Source of the DNA: Paragordius varius
Taxonomy: Eukaryota > Animalia > Nematomorpha
NCBI GenBank assembly: GCA_964247055.1
Contig: OZ176051.1
Coordinates: 15,128,001-15,192,000, forward strand
Direction of reading: 5' to 3'
DNA: 64,000 nucleotides
The stretch's first letter is position 1, and each line of letters starts with the position of its first letter. The translations under genes and the position numbers were made by a program. This document shows, in pieces, positions 40,390-54,688 of this stretch. The notes beneath the pieces were generated by a model. That model was not told the origin of the DNA, did not search any database, and saw only the letters and a program-made list of their open reading frames with translations.

Positions 40390-42668
40390 GTTATAATATA
40401 TATAACTAAATATATATAATGTTGAAAATTAAATTTTGAACAAAATATTGTCATAATTTTATGTAAATATCACTAATATACAGGTATAATTTTCTTTAAA
40501 TTCTCTTTTATTGTAAAAATAATAGAGAACAGTGGTCAACTATATTCAAGTTTTTATAAAATAATAATTATTTTGCCACACTTTTTTATACCCATGCCCT
40601 TGAAGGTTAACAATCAAATTTTATGCTAATAATAATTTTGACATTCGATCAAAATTTAAATATTTCATAATTTTCTTTGTCGTCTTTAGATATAAAAAGA
40701 CGAATATCTGATAATTTTTAATAAATCACTACAATTAGCCAAATAGTTTTACCATCTCATAATGATTGTCCGAATCTAAAAATAAATTAATTTTTTTCCT
40801 TTTTCGAATTCAGATTAATTTCAGACAAATTATATTGGGGTAAAAATTGGATATATACCATTTACAATTTAAATTTACCCTTAAACAATATCCTTGAACA
40901 ATTCAATTTCACCCTGAAACAATTCAAACTTCACCCGCAAATAATATATATATGTTTTTTCCATAAAGGTATTTTTCATATTAATAATGAGTTATTTTAG
41001 TTCAAAAACACAAAATTTATTTTTAGGTGAATTTGAATTGTTTAAGGGTGAAGTTCAAGGGTAATTATAACCAAAAACTTTCTTATTCATATAAATCTAA
41101 TAAGACAAAATATTTTCACTGAAAATAACGATACTTTTTGTAAATATTGAAATATCATACATAAGCAAAATTTCAATTGTAAATACATGGATTTATTTAT
41201 ACACATACATTACTTGATTTCTTCAGATATTTCATTATTTCTGCATGTTAAATTTTAGTGTAAACACGTGATTACGTAGAATATCGAACATTTAATAATT
41301 TTTGAGTGAATTGAAAAAACTGGCGACATTTTTTGATTGGGCAAGAACATTGCCTTGTTCTTTTACACGAAGAAAATATCAGACTCAAATAAAAATATTT
41401 AAAATATTTTATCTTATTTAAATTAATTGGCAATTAATTTAACGATTTTTATACTTATTGAATTTAACTTAAAATGCGCCATCCATTTAATTTTATGTAA
41501 TACATCACTAAAACCCATACAACATTTTTTATGTTTAAATAATGGTTCACCAATAGGATCATATTAGCAGTTATCATTGAATGCCAAAAAAACCAAACTA
41601 TTAAACTTCTTATTAAATGTATCAAGTTTATTTAATATTCGGGACCTTGAAATATCAATATATTTTTCTGTTTTGTCTCTATATTTACAATTTTTATGTT
41701 ATTTATTAACTGCTAAAAATGACTTGTATAAATGACTTGATAGTACAAGAAATTCCAAATATTATTTTACAATTTATAAATTTTGAGCCATAAAATAATC
41801 AATTATAAACCTTAAGGAATTAGCATTGGTATTGGTTAATAAATTTAAGCGACGGTTTTTTTAAATTATTCGCGTGTAACAAATTTATAAAAAACGACGA
41901 TAGTTACAAAAATACTCGCTCACACAACAACAGAATTATGATGAAAAGTAAGTAAAATAAAATTTTTTCAAGATGGCCTATATATGTTGTAAATGATAAT
42001 TATAAAATGGCCCATATTTATAATCATTTTTATTTGTAATATCTGAAAATAAACTTTGTTTATCAGTATTTTAAGTCATCCTAATAAAAAATAAAATAAT
42101 TTGTTATCCGTATAAGTCCATATCTTCTTTTTTTTGCAGCGACTGGCCAGGTCTGGCTTGCCACTATCATTGCAAGACCCAATTATGAAAAATGAAATAT
42201 ATGAATAATATTTTTAATATCCCTTTGTCTTTGCGGCTAGAAATTGATTAAATTTATTTCAGATTTATATCATCAGAATATATTTTGTGAGTTCTGGTGT
42301 TATTAATAATCTTGGGAAAGACGCATGATTTATCTTTGACAATACGATTTGGTTTAGCATAATGCGACCGATTTTAATTTTTGATATGGAACATATAAAA
42401 AGAGTAAATGTTTTATGAATTAAACCAAAAAAACCATGAAAAACACTTTTCAGTTTTATTAAAAATTCAAATTAAAGCATCAAAACAATTTAAAAAACAA
42501 CTAATTGATTATATAACGATTGTATACTAATTTAGCTTTCCATATTATAATTTTATTTTTGACCAATTTGTTATAAAACATTTATTTAAGTCGTTATTAT
42601 ATAAGTCTTAGCCCACAAACCAAAATAATCATGCTGATACATTTTTCTATTTTAAAAATCATTATATA

Positions 42669-42711
<43 letters not shown>

Positions 42712-43150
42712 TCAGATATTTTTCATATACGGCTATATGATGCACTTAAAGACTTGTGGATAATTATCAGGATTAAATTAATTAAACAATGTTTATTTGA
42801 AGACATATTAAGCCTTATTTCAATTTAAATAGCTAATGAAGATAATGAACCCAAAATTAATTAGGCTTATTGTGATAATTTATTATAATAAAAACAGATA
42901 TTACTAAAATAATATAATTTTTTTGATAAAGTTTTTTAAGTCAAAAATTAATTTCTGACGAACAGATATCTATCTATAAAAGGTACACACTGTAGAAGAA
43001 GGAATTCAATATTTATCAATTTATACCGTCAAAAAAAGTTTTATATTCTGCAAATATTTTTAATTATATTTGTTCTTAACAATAAATGCAATATAATGGA
43101 TAAATCATTCTATTTTAAATAAGCCATCTATTTATATTTCCAATAATGTA
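40390..43150. repeat. Tandem segmental duplication 2, copy B
   Basis: Colinear with 36950-39720. Confidence 0.9.
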
Positions 43151-43763
43151 CGGAATTCATCCTGACAGCCTGAGGTTAAGTATGTAATGGGAAATTTAAT
43201 TGATAGAGTTCAGTAAAAATAACAACCATTTTTTTTCATGCTTAAGATTTTGCTGATAAAATAGCACAGTAAAATTTAAATTCATAAGGATATAAAGAAA
43301 AATTTTTTAAAAGACAAACTTTTTAAATTTTTATATATTAATTATTGTTTCAAGTGGAAACAATGATGTAACACATTCAAATTTGTAATTATTTTAAGAT
43401 TGTAATTATATATTTTTTATAGGTAAAATAATAAATTGTTTTCTTTTGAACAATTTTTTCATTCCTATTTTGTCCGCATGATTTAACTTTTTACTGTAAT
43501 CACAATAGAATATTATATAGTTTTTCTTAATTTCGATATCTTAAAGAAAATTTATTATAAATATTCATATATCTTTTAAAAAAATATTTGTATAGTGTTA
43601 TTTTGCCTGTATAATAAAATTATTTTTCTTTTTTAAATATTTCATATTGTAAATTTATTTAATCTTAACGAATTAAAACCGTATCACAATATTTATACCA
43701 ATAATATATTTCGAAGGTGTAATTTATCCTTTAATTACGCAATTGAGCACTAATAAATAATAT

Positions 43764-43804
<41 letters not shown>

Positions 43805-45716
43805 TTATTAATCGAACTACTGTTACGAGGACGATAATACAGTTAGATATGTAATTTTTCTACCACTTTCGATCGGATATTATACGATTATAATCATTAC
43901 TTAGTAAAAAGGTATAAAAAAGTATGGTGTCAAAATGATTTATTTTTCTTTCAAGTTTAGGTCTGGTATTTTTTTGTCTATTTAATGTAATTATTAGATT
44001 TTATAAATTAAAATTTCAATATTTAAGTAAAATTGATTTATAACAAATTACTAAATCTTACCGAATTTTGGCAATAAACAAGCAAAAATTGTTATAGTAC
44101 ATTTAGTCGTTTTGAAATTAATAATAAATATTTGCCAATACGAAAGCGGCCCTTCAGATCTTTTGATTCTATAATGCGGCCCGCCTTTACCCCTAATTTT
44201 TGTTATAACTAACATTCATATTAAAAATTATATCAATATGATAGATGAAAAAAATATAGATTAGAAAAAAATTCAAAAAATTTCCGTTTTAATAATAATA
44301 AAAAATCCATATAACTCATATGATTAATATTGTAACAAAAGCCACATTTACCTATGCTCAATAAAACAAAATTATTTTTGCCATTGTTGTTGTTTTAAAT
44401 ATTTTCATCCTTATTTTGAAACGCATTTATACGGGCACATGATTTAAACAAAAGTTAAACAGATATTTTAAAGATTCCCATGAAAATTTAATAATATACG
44501 ATTTACAAATTCAAATTTACCCTAAAAAATAAATTGTGTTTTCGAGCAGTTAATGTAACCATCATTAATATAAAATATATTTTGACATAGTTTACATCTG
44601 TATATTAATTTTGGCAGTATTTTTAATTTTATAAAAACACATAATTATTTTCGAGTGAATTTGAACTGTAAATGGTATATATTTGATTGGTTAAATCAGA
44701 TTTGTATGGAATATATAGCATTGAATCGAATCTATCATATGTCGCTAGTCATCGAAATATCCACACCATATTTCTAAATTATAGTTAATAATTATACAAA
44801 CTTAATATATAATAATTTTTTAAAGACAATCATATTCTTTAAACCTTATTCTTTCATAAACTATTTAATTACATGAATTATAATTTTACATTTATTTTTT
44901 TTGCCACCCATACAATTATATTAAAAAATACAAAAAATATTTAGTTTACTTTTTTATCATTTATTCAATTTTTAATATATAAAGATTTAAACGGAACATA
45001 TAATGCCCCTTGCAGTTAAATATTGGGAAAGGTAAAGCTGTAGGCAGTAGATTAAATGAAAGCCAAAATAATAAATCATTATCTGGTAAATCAGATATTA
45101 AAGCAGTCAAAACCAACATTTTTTCAAGCAAACGGAAATAAAAATGTAGCGTTAGCTTAAAAAATGTTGCGTTTGGTTAAAAATGTATTGCTGACTGAAA
45201 AATGATATATCACAACTTTAAAATTCCATCATACAAACGTTATAAATGAACAACAACTACTTAAAATGAAGATGACGTTTTTTTATCTTGTTATCTCTGG
45301 GCCGTTTATTAATTATTACATTTAACAAAGATTAAACTGTTATATGTATAAAATATACACCAGAAATTAATTAAAACATAATGTATAAATAACATTAAGA
45401 AGGAACGTTTCACTAAATTAAAATTGTATATTTATGGATCGCGCATTAAGTCAATTACAGTAAAAATTATTATCAAATAAAACGAAAAAACTTTAAGGAC
45501 AAATATTTTAAAATACAACCATATTTTCAACTTGATTCCTATACATTTATATATCTAACATATTGTATATTTTGTTATCAGTTCGCCACTTGATTTTATA
45601 TATTCATTTCAAAACAAGTTATATAAAAACCAAGGAGAAGAATATGGTTCTTTCGTCTCTATATTGAATTTTACTTTATTAGTACTTATCAAAAATTTAC
45701 TATAGGTATTAAAACT

Positions 45717-46607
45717 TGGTAAAGAATATAACAAGAGCTATATGATATTACCATATCATATTCTTTAAAAAAGTAAAAGAAGTGTGGGGGAAGGGCGTCG
45801 GAAATCTTTGGTAAAAAAAGAAAATACACTAATTACCAACCCTTCACTTAAAATTATTGTATAAAAGGGTTAGGAAAATCGTAATTTTTATCTCAATTAT
45901 AATTTTTTTTTGTTTTGATATGGGAACGATTTTAAAAGGAATATTCACGATAGCAGCTATATTAAATAATCTATTTGATTCAATTTCGTTAATATTTTTT
46001 TACCTATATATAAAAATCTATATTTAAGTGGTTTATTTGTTTTGTTTAACACTTGGATACAACACATTCATTTTTAAGCTAAAACCAAAAGGTAAAAATT
46101 TAGTCAACGTGACATGTGTTCAATGGTATAATTGAAAAATAATACAAAATAAATCGCTTTTTCTATTTCTATCAATGTTAGATGTGATTTAAATAAAAAA
46201 TTAGCTTTACTTTTACCCTTGGCGTCGAAGTTGTTTGACATGGAACTTTTTTTCAAAACAAAATTTTATCTAGATATTTTGGCAGAATATAATTTTTATT
46301 AGGAAAGAAGCATAAATTTAAATTGGGACCGTTTCTTTCACTAGTTTTTTAACTTAACTCAAATTTCATCTTGGGTAAATTTTGATACCACAATCTGAAT
46401 CTAGGTGTTAAAATTTTATCAAAAAAAATTAAATAAAATTTTGCTAAAAAATTAACAAAAATATTACCATTCCCCTTTAACAATATTTTAAGATTTTCAT
46501 TTCTTACCAAAGATTTCCGACGCCCTTCCCCCACTCTTCTTTTTCTTTTTTTAAGAATATGATATGGTAATACCATATAGCTCTTGTTTTTATATTCCTT
46601 ACCAAAT
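45717..46607. mobile_element. MITE with about 110-bp terminal inverted repeats
   Basis: ttggtaaagaatataacaagagctatatg...ggggaagggcgtcggaaatctttggtaa is inverted at 46500-46607. Confidence 0.8.
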
Positions 46608-48219
46608 ATCAATACACATTTAACGATAAAAAGTAAATTTTTGATAAAATAAAGTCTACATGACTGTAGTTTAAGAGTTAATTATTTTACAAAAATTAAT
46701 AAAAGTGCATGATAATCAGCATGAGCTAATTAGTTTATGGCAATTTATAATAAGGAGCATATTTAAAAACCCCGTTCTGTATATATGATTAAAATGGTTA
46801 AATTTAAATATTTTTTAAATGATTTTACGATATATATAACTTTACCTATTGAGAGAATTAATTGAAAAGAACCAGAATTTTTCACTCTTTTAAAACCAGC
46901 CATCTTTTTAATGACTTTATAAAATACTATACATTTATTTATGTGTGTTTTGTTTTATGATATTACGTCCTAACCTTTTAATAATCATTTTTAAAAAATG
47001 TTTTTCATCTAAATCTTGTAGTCAAGTATTATATGAAAAATTTAGATAGTTCAAAACAATACATTCAATATAAGTGAAATAATTAAAGAGTAAGGGTTGT
47101 AATGTTATAGTTATTTAAAATTATATTTTCTAATATTTACAAAATTAATCGTTTATGCCTAGGCATTGGACTTTAATTGTTATTATGAATCCTATCGAAA
47201 AAAATTTACCATTAAATTACAAAATAATTATTTGCTATATAGTAGCATATCCGCTTTGATCAAATTTTTTAACCATAAAGTAAAACTATTTATTCTCTAA
47301 ACAGGTGATCCTGGCATGTTTACTTATAAAATTAATAACCCCGCTTTATTGCTTTCTTTGTTTTAATATTGTTATACTAATCATATAATATTGTAGACAA
47401 CCTGTTTTGAACAAAGCTTATATAAATTATTGATAAACGTTTATTTTTTAAGATTAAAATATAATCAATCCCAATATAAAAAAATTATTTACATATATAT
47501 TAAAAACTCTAATGGGTATAATTAAAAAAGGCTTCTAAGAGTAGATAGGATGTGTTAATTACATATCATCACTCATACTCTAAGAGCAGAGGGTCCAATC
47601 CACGGCTTGCGCGCTGTACGCGACCCTTTGAAATGTGCCCAATAAACACTAATAATAAATATGCTCATAAAATCTTAGTATTTTTGTAATAAATCTTCCT
47701 AATTGGAATTAACTAGCAAAAATTGGTAAAATAAAGTTATATTTGTATTTCCGATTTTTACACTCTTATTAGATTTTGATATTTAAATCGTTTTACCAAC
47801 TCATTTTTAAACATATCTTCGTGAGTCAACATTAAGCCTAAATTTTCAATTAAATAGTCATATTTAACTATTTGAAATTAAAGCTGATATTCATAGGTAC
47901 TATACCGTTACATTAACGGTATTAAGATACAAAAAAAATTAAAATTATAATAATATGGACAAACATTTTTTAAATAAACAACTATATTTTTTCCCTGATA
48001 TTTTATCCCAAAACTATATAATTGTAATTATATAACACATTACATTAAAAATTTATATCTAATAAAATTTTTATAAAAAAAGCCAACGATTTTTTGATAT
48101 TAATATTAATAAATTACCTTTTTTAATTTACAGATATATAAATGATGATTGCCTGATTGTAAGTATACTAAAAAATAAAGAGAATTATTATTGATTAAAA
48201 GGAAAAAAAGCGTAAAAAT

Positions 48220-49348
48220 CAGTGGCGGAACTATAAATTATGGGCCCACATAAGATTTAAATTATCCCTCCTTCTTACCGCCAAAAAAATCGTTTGCAAT
48301 CATTTCACCTGGCGCATCACTTAGATTCGTAGTGAAATATAAAATGATAATATTTACATGACTAGGCATCCTGACTCTAGTTTTGCGCGTCTGGTATTTA
48401 TATATATAATGGTTAGTACCCACCCGCCCAACCTAACCACCGTCAATTCCTTAATCTTAACGTTTATTTTTAAAAGTTTAAATAATTTAATAATTTTTTA
48501 AAAGCATGTTTTATCAGAAAATCATGTTTAAAAATTTCGTTTTCTTGATTTTGTGTGAGTAAATTTTTTTTAGCCATCGTGCTTACAATATATTTTTTAT
48601 TAGTTTTAAGAAAGAACGTTTCTATCGGATATGTCTTCATTTCTGCTTCCATTAGAATTAACTAAAATGAGTGAAGTGGAATTTATCTATTCAGCTAAAA
48701 ATTTAATAATAAATTATCCAGACGATTTAAGTGAATATTTTCCGATTCAAACAGTGTCAGTTTCTAATTCTCTTTGGATGAGATTACTCAAATTAACAAT
48801 GCCAGAGCTATTAATTATTAAGTACCCAACAGTTTCAGCCAGTTGGATGAAATTATAACAGCATTATTATTGTTGTTGACTTAAACAGTTACGGTTGCTA
48901 CAGTGTTACATTCCTTAAAGTTAAAAATAATTAAAAATTATATTGAAGGCACGATGGCTTAAAAAATGATGAGCAATTTATCATTCCTAACAAATGAAGC
49001 GGAGGTGGCCGATCAAATGGATAAAAAAGATACTATAATTAGAAAATTTGCTCACACAAAATCGAGAAAATTTTTAAATACATGCTCTTAATAAATTATT
49101 TAATTATTTTGAACTTTAAAAATGAACGTTAAGATTAGGAATTAGCTATGGTTAGTATGGGTACTGGTATCATATATAAAAATACGAGGAAAACAAAAAT
49201 ATTAGACTCAGGATGCCAAGTCATGTAAATATAATATTTCCGAATCTAAGTGATGCGCCAGATGAAAAGATAACTGCAAAACATTTGGGGGGGGGGGGAG
49301 GCTAGTATATAATTGCGGCGGGAGGACAAATTGATAGTTCCGCCACTG
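48220..49348 (+). mobile_element. hAT internal-deletion derivative with long inverted arms and transposase C-terminus
   Basis: TIR cagtggcggaacta / tagttccgccactg with about 270-bp imperfect inverted arms. The interior reads TVTVATVLHSLKLKIIKNY...MSNLSFLTNEAEVA...IIRKFAHTKSRKF (hAT dimerisation domain). No TSD visible. Confidence 0.85.
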
Positions 49349-49539
49349 AATTCATCGGTTACGTTTAAACGGGACAGGATGGAAATTGATACACCTATGT
49401 ATTATAAATTGTTATTATGCACTATGTGTGGGAAAAACGCTTTTAGAAAGCAGGGTGGTTGTCTTTTATAGAAAAACATGTCCCCTTTTAATGAAATTAT
49501 TTTTCAGGAAAACGCCATCTTAATAACAAATATGAAGTA

Positions 49540-49770
49540 AAATTTGGAAATTCTCTATTACCATCGCAATTAGTAGTGATAGTACTTGAAATGATAATTT
49601 TTAGTAGGAGAGTGATTTCCACGTGTCATAGTTTGAGACGCGTTTTCTCCTTGTTGTACACTCATCAGTCACACATAATGTTCGTCTCATAAAGCCACCA
49701 ATTTCTTGATAGAAGGTACTATCACTATTCATTGCATGGTATAAGAGAATCTCCAAATTATGCATCATAT
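49540..49770 (-). ncRNA. Degenerate hammerhead ribozyme copy within a long inverted repeat
   Basis: About 60-nt core shared with 36721-36779. CUGAUGA (plus strand 49662-49668) and CGCGUC are intact, but GAAA is changed to AAAA and stem II is broken. Flanked by about 45-bp imperfect inverted arms. A third eroded copy lies on the plus strand at 49941-49985. Confidence 0.55.
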
Positions 49771-52224
49771 TTAATATAAAGACGGTGTTCCCATCTTGGC
49801 TAATGCCCAAAAGGAGATATGATAATTTTATCGATCGGCCCCTCTGGGATTTGTTCTCTATTTTCACTTAACCAACTATATCGGGAATACTCAATATATT
49901 TATACATAATTCTAATTGACAATGTTTACCTGTGTTTATAATATGTGACGGATTCCACAACAGGAACGCGTCTTATACTATCATGAATGGTAAGTACTGT
50001 TTATATTTTTAGCAAGTACTACAACTTCTTATTGTGATGCTAGGCTAGAAAATAATCTCTAAACTATGTGCATTTAATTCCTCTTTTAGTTTCTACGTTT
50101 TTGTATGATTCAATTTTTATTGTATAATTGAGTGTGACAACGATTTGCGTCTTATTATTTTAAAATCTCTAACAATGATATAAAATTTTTTAATAAAAGT
50201 GGCTGCATTTAAAAAAAATAATCAATTAGTTCTAAATATTGTTCTATTTATTCTCTACTTAAGAGATTATGTTATTATTTTCTGGCATGTGTGTATTTTT
50301 TGGGTTTTTCTTCAAAGGAAGGCTCATTTCCAACTTATAAAGTTGGCCTAGTAATTATAGATAATGTAGACTCTTGGGGGACGGTCACCCAAACAAGGAT
50401 TCATTAAGATAATCTGATAATGTTAAGCCATATACAGTTAATAATTTTGGCATTGAACCGGTAATTTATTATTTAATAATTTTTTAATATATTATGTATA
50501 ATTTGGTTTGCGAACGTAAATAGAATTTTTATATGAACTTTGTACTAAGCATCCTATTAATAGAATTTTTAAATATCATATAACTATCTGCATAATTACA
50601 TATAAATTATTTTTTAATCATGTATATGTTATCAAAATTATTATTCATAAATATTCTGTGGCAAATTATTGGAGGTTAAAATTGATTTTTATAACATTAA
50701 AAATAAAGTTATAGGGACAAAATTTATATAAAAGACAAATTAATTTCATGATATTAAAAAGAACAAAGATAAAATTATAGATATATAATATTTTTTCCTA
50801 TACAGACAAATATATAATACATTGTTTTAACCAATTTATAGAATAGAAATGTATATTGGTAATATACAATTCATATACGATTGTTATTAAATGTCTATAT
50901 TAGGAGGGTTTTAAAAAATATGGGCTATCTTTTGAAAAACATTTGGCTTTATATTTTTACGATATCAGTATAATTTACTATTTACTGTATATTTCTATAA
51001 CTTAAATTTTTATATGCTGCATTTTATTTAATGAAAAAGATTCCGCCCTAATAGTTTATTGTTTAGGAAAAATTATATCAACTTATCAATATTGATTAAA
51101 CAATATGTATATATTATATTGCAATTAGCTAAAATTATATGAATTTATTATATGAATTTTCGATTACTACAAGTAATCCTTGTCAAACAATAAAATTAAA
51201 ATATAAACTAATATTAAATATTTAATATAGTTAATAATAACAATCAAATAAAAATACTCGTGAGATTTATAATAGACAATAAGTTTTGGACAATTATTTT
51301 TAAAAAATGACATCTAAATCTAAATGCAATTCTTAATAATCCTGGAATTTACATAATGAATTATTTTGCTTAATGTGATTTGAGCTACATTCGTAGCCAA
51401 TTTCATCCGTTGTACTAAAAATGGCGTATGAGAGGTTCGTTATCGTAATGGAACCGATATAAAAAGGTTTATTATCATTGCTAACTAAGGAGAAATAGAA
51501 TTGAATTAAATAAATTTTGCAGAATCTGCAATTAATACACAGAATGAGACAACAGCTTTACGAACTATGTTTCTTTAAAATATGAGAAATAAAGGAATTA
51601 CCATAAACTACAAATCATTTTCAGTGAACCTTGATTAATTAATCATTATAAATGTTTACGAATTGAAGATTTGAGTAGCACTGATCATTCCTCACATTCG
51701 ATTTGCAAACCGTGTTTTAAAACGGCTTTATAACGGATATTTATGAAGCAAAATCTTTGAGTGATTTTACAACCATGAATCAAACATTTGAATTCAGAAA
51801 CTTTAGAAGTCAATCGATATATAAAAATTTTGTGTTTGTTACCTAAATTAAATACCCTAATCTTCATTGAAAGGTAGCTATGTAATCAGAATAATAAGAA
51901 AATATATATTGAATACCATGCAAAATAATACATCGATTAGGATACATAATATTTTACAATTAGGCGGAGTCAAGCCTAATAACTGGCCATGTTTATTTAA
52001 TAATTTATAACATTATATATAAAAACTTTAATTATAAAATACTATATAGGCCTATCCATTTCAGCAGAAGAAAATCAGACAAAAGGTTGACAAAATACAA
52101 AGATTTATTTTAATTTAGTTATTTGGAATCTTCTTTCCAAAAGATTGAATTTATTGGAAACGCCCGATGATTACAATGTCCTGATAGGTAAACATTAATA
52201 AACAGTTAAATTAAAGTTCAAAAA

Positions 52225-52640
52225 ATTAAACAGACAAAACGAAAAAATATGAAGTTAAAAACAACCACACTTTTTTATATCTTAAATTATTCTATAAAAA
52301 TCTTTACAATCGTAAAATACATAATTGAATGTATTATTACAATTCTATATTATACTTTGTAGTTGGTATAGTAGGTACGGCGCAGGACTCTCACACTGTT
52401 TGAGTTCGAACCACGAAACTGCGCAATTTCCATAATCACTTTACTGTCAGGCCTGGATAGGCAGGCGTGTAAAGCTTCACATGTCCTGATACAATTTAGA
52501 TCGTTATCCTTTAATCCAAAACTCTAAACCGTACATTTTGATATTTAAAAAAAATCAAGATTTACAAAGTATGGTTGTCTTTAGAAAAATTATTCTCTTT
52601 TTTTTCCATTTTGACCGTATAATTTCAGATTTAGTGTAAT
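52225..52640. mobile_element. Tc1/mariner-like MITE interrupted by a SINE
   Basis: Left half (acagacaaaacg...acaaccacacttttt) and right half (aaagtatggttgtcttt...ttgaccgtataatttc) are separated by the SINE. Confidence 0.6.
52362..52535 (+). mobile_element. tRNA-derived SINE copy
   Basis: tggtatagtagg (A-box-like), ggactctcac, gagttcgaacc (B box). The body is homologous to 7405-7590. Confidence 0.6.
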
Positions 52641-54688
52641 TATATAAAGGAAATATATTATCTTTTATGAAAACAAACAGAAAATCCGGTATGTGTTTTT
52701 AACTTATGTTGACCATTTACCCATATGTGTTAAATTAAGATGCAAAATTTAGTCCCATTCATGCGCAAAAATACAGGAAAAAAAAATAAAATTTGAGGCC
52801 AAAAAAATATTTTCCAATAACATAAATGATTATTGTGAAATATATAATATAGTGTGCTATAATATCTTTATTCCCTATTTTTGAACGTCAAACTTTTATT
52901 AAAAACAGTATAAAAAGTATGGCTGTCTTTTTCAAAATTGTTTATCTTTAGTTTTCACTTTTGGTTTTATAATTTTGTGCGGTGCCAAATTTAGGAGCGA
53001 CCAATTGAAATACAGTATATAATACTTAAATTATAATATCTTCTAAAAAAAGTAGCATATATTATTAACCGCTAAAAAGAGAATTTTTGAGTATATACAT
53101 AAACAATAAATTTTGCTAATTTACTGAATCGAGTTTTTATAAATAAAAAGATGATAGTATTAATGTTAGAAATAAGATATTATTTTCGCTTTATGAATTT
53201 ATCCAGAATTTTATTAGGCATATACATTTTAAGTAAAGCTATTTTACTAAAAATTTATAAATATGATTTGTCAAATTTGGATATGATAAAGAGTTTAGCT
53301 AAAATTTTAATTTATTAGGAGCGTTTAATATTACTCATATTTTTTTATTAAGCAGTGGCCCAATATAGAATAATTTTTACGCCGTTCGATGCAATTTATG
53401 CATTTTTAGCAATTATAATGATATATTTCTAAGAATATAGGTAAATATCTGTCTAACTTAGAAAGGCAATGTTTTGACTGAAATTAGCCATTTTCAAGCA
53501 ATAAATATATTGTAAGATCGGTGACTACGGTTTTTATTTAAGTACAGTAAATAATAAAGTAAAATTAAGGAGCAAATATTTTTCTAGTAGGACGCTACAA
53601 TTTATTAATACATAATCTTTTTAAAAAAATTTATAAATATAATTTTAAAATGGAATTGTTTCCTGTGTTGATATTAACAAATATATTCCTTATTTTGCGA
53701 CACCCAACGATAGGAAATCACAAAAATTATAAAAAATATAAATTAAATAATATCATTAAATTGTAATTAATCTATATAACTCCTTATTTGGTCGACGGTA
53801 AATAGTTGAAACTGAAATTATACAGACAAAGTAAGTATTATGTAAGAAATATTATTAAGACAATAAATATTTTGATTTTATTATGAAACTCATCATTTAA
53901 GCTGCAAAGATAATATACGTAATTATTCGTAATAAATAGTTTATGTTGGATGGTTAAATAATCTTTTATCTTATTGTGTAATTTTCAATAATTATTGTAA
54001 TTAATGAGGAAATGTTTATTAAAAATACTTTAATTCTTTCGTCATTTATCTCGGGAGTTTCCAATTACATAAATTTCTTTGTCCTATTGATAATTCATAC
54101 CTCAAGTGAGGACGTGTAGGCACCCTGTTGAATAAATTAAGCCTTATTATTATATAAACTATTACATTTGATCCCAAGAATCATTTTCTTAGAATATTAT
54201 TCTATATATTACTAATATTTAACAGAATAACAAAACATCGCCTGGTAATATTATTAAATATATAATCATTTTTATATATATATAATCTATAAAGCTCAAT
54301 TTACGTTTATAATTTATCAAATATGTCCAAATAATTATTAAATTTAGTGCATTTTCATATATTTCAGCTCCTACTTAAGAAAATAAATGTCAAGTAATGG
54401 AAAAAGATATCATTTCTAAGGCTATTATATCCATATAATTCTGTGTGTAGCTTCAACTTTCAACATTTCTTATTAGAAATCTTTAAAGAAACACATATTC
54501 AATATTTTTTGCAAAAGATTTATTTTGTTTACACTAAAGGGAAAGGTTTTTATATAATTTAAAAATTATTTTAATTACCATTTTACTAAATTAAACATAT
54601 ATTTTCCGAATTATGGTGTATTTTGCCTATCTGGTTAAACAGAAAAATGTATTTTATATAATTTTTTCCATAAATACCAAATATAAGA

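Noticed and set aside
45016-45141. 41-codon open frame after a strong acceptor (LNIGKGKAVGSRLNESQNNK...)
   Set aside because: No linked upstream exon or recognisable motif; insufficient alone.
49601-49867. 88-aa minus-strand ORF as a gene or GIY-YIG fragment
   Set aside because: It runs through the hammerhead repeat and shows no recognisable motif.
49990-50033. 21-nt AG/GT segment (ASTTTSY) after a consensus donor
   Set aside because: The implied intron is only 23 nt, the upstream exon overlaps a repeat, and there are no neighbouring exons. Isolated matches like this are expected by chance.
50260-52190. Scattered exon-like, protein-like segments (50260-50460, 51690-51875, 51963-52000, 52118-52187)
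   Set aside because: In-frame stops and no consistent splice path. This may be an old pseudogene but cannot be supported.
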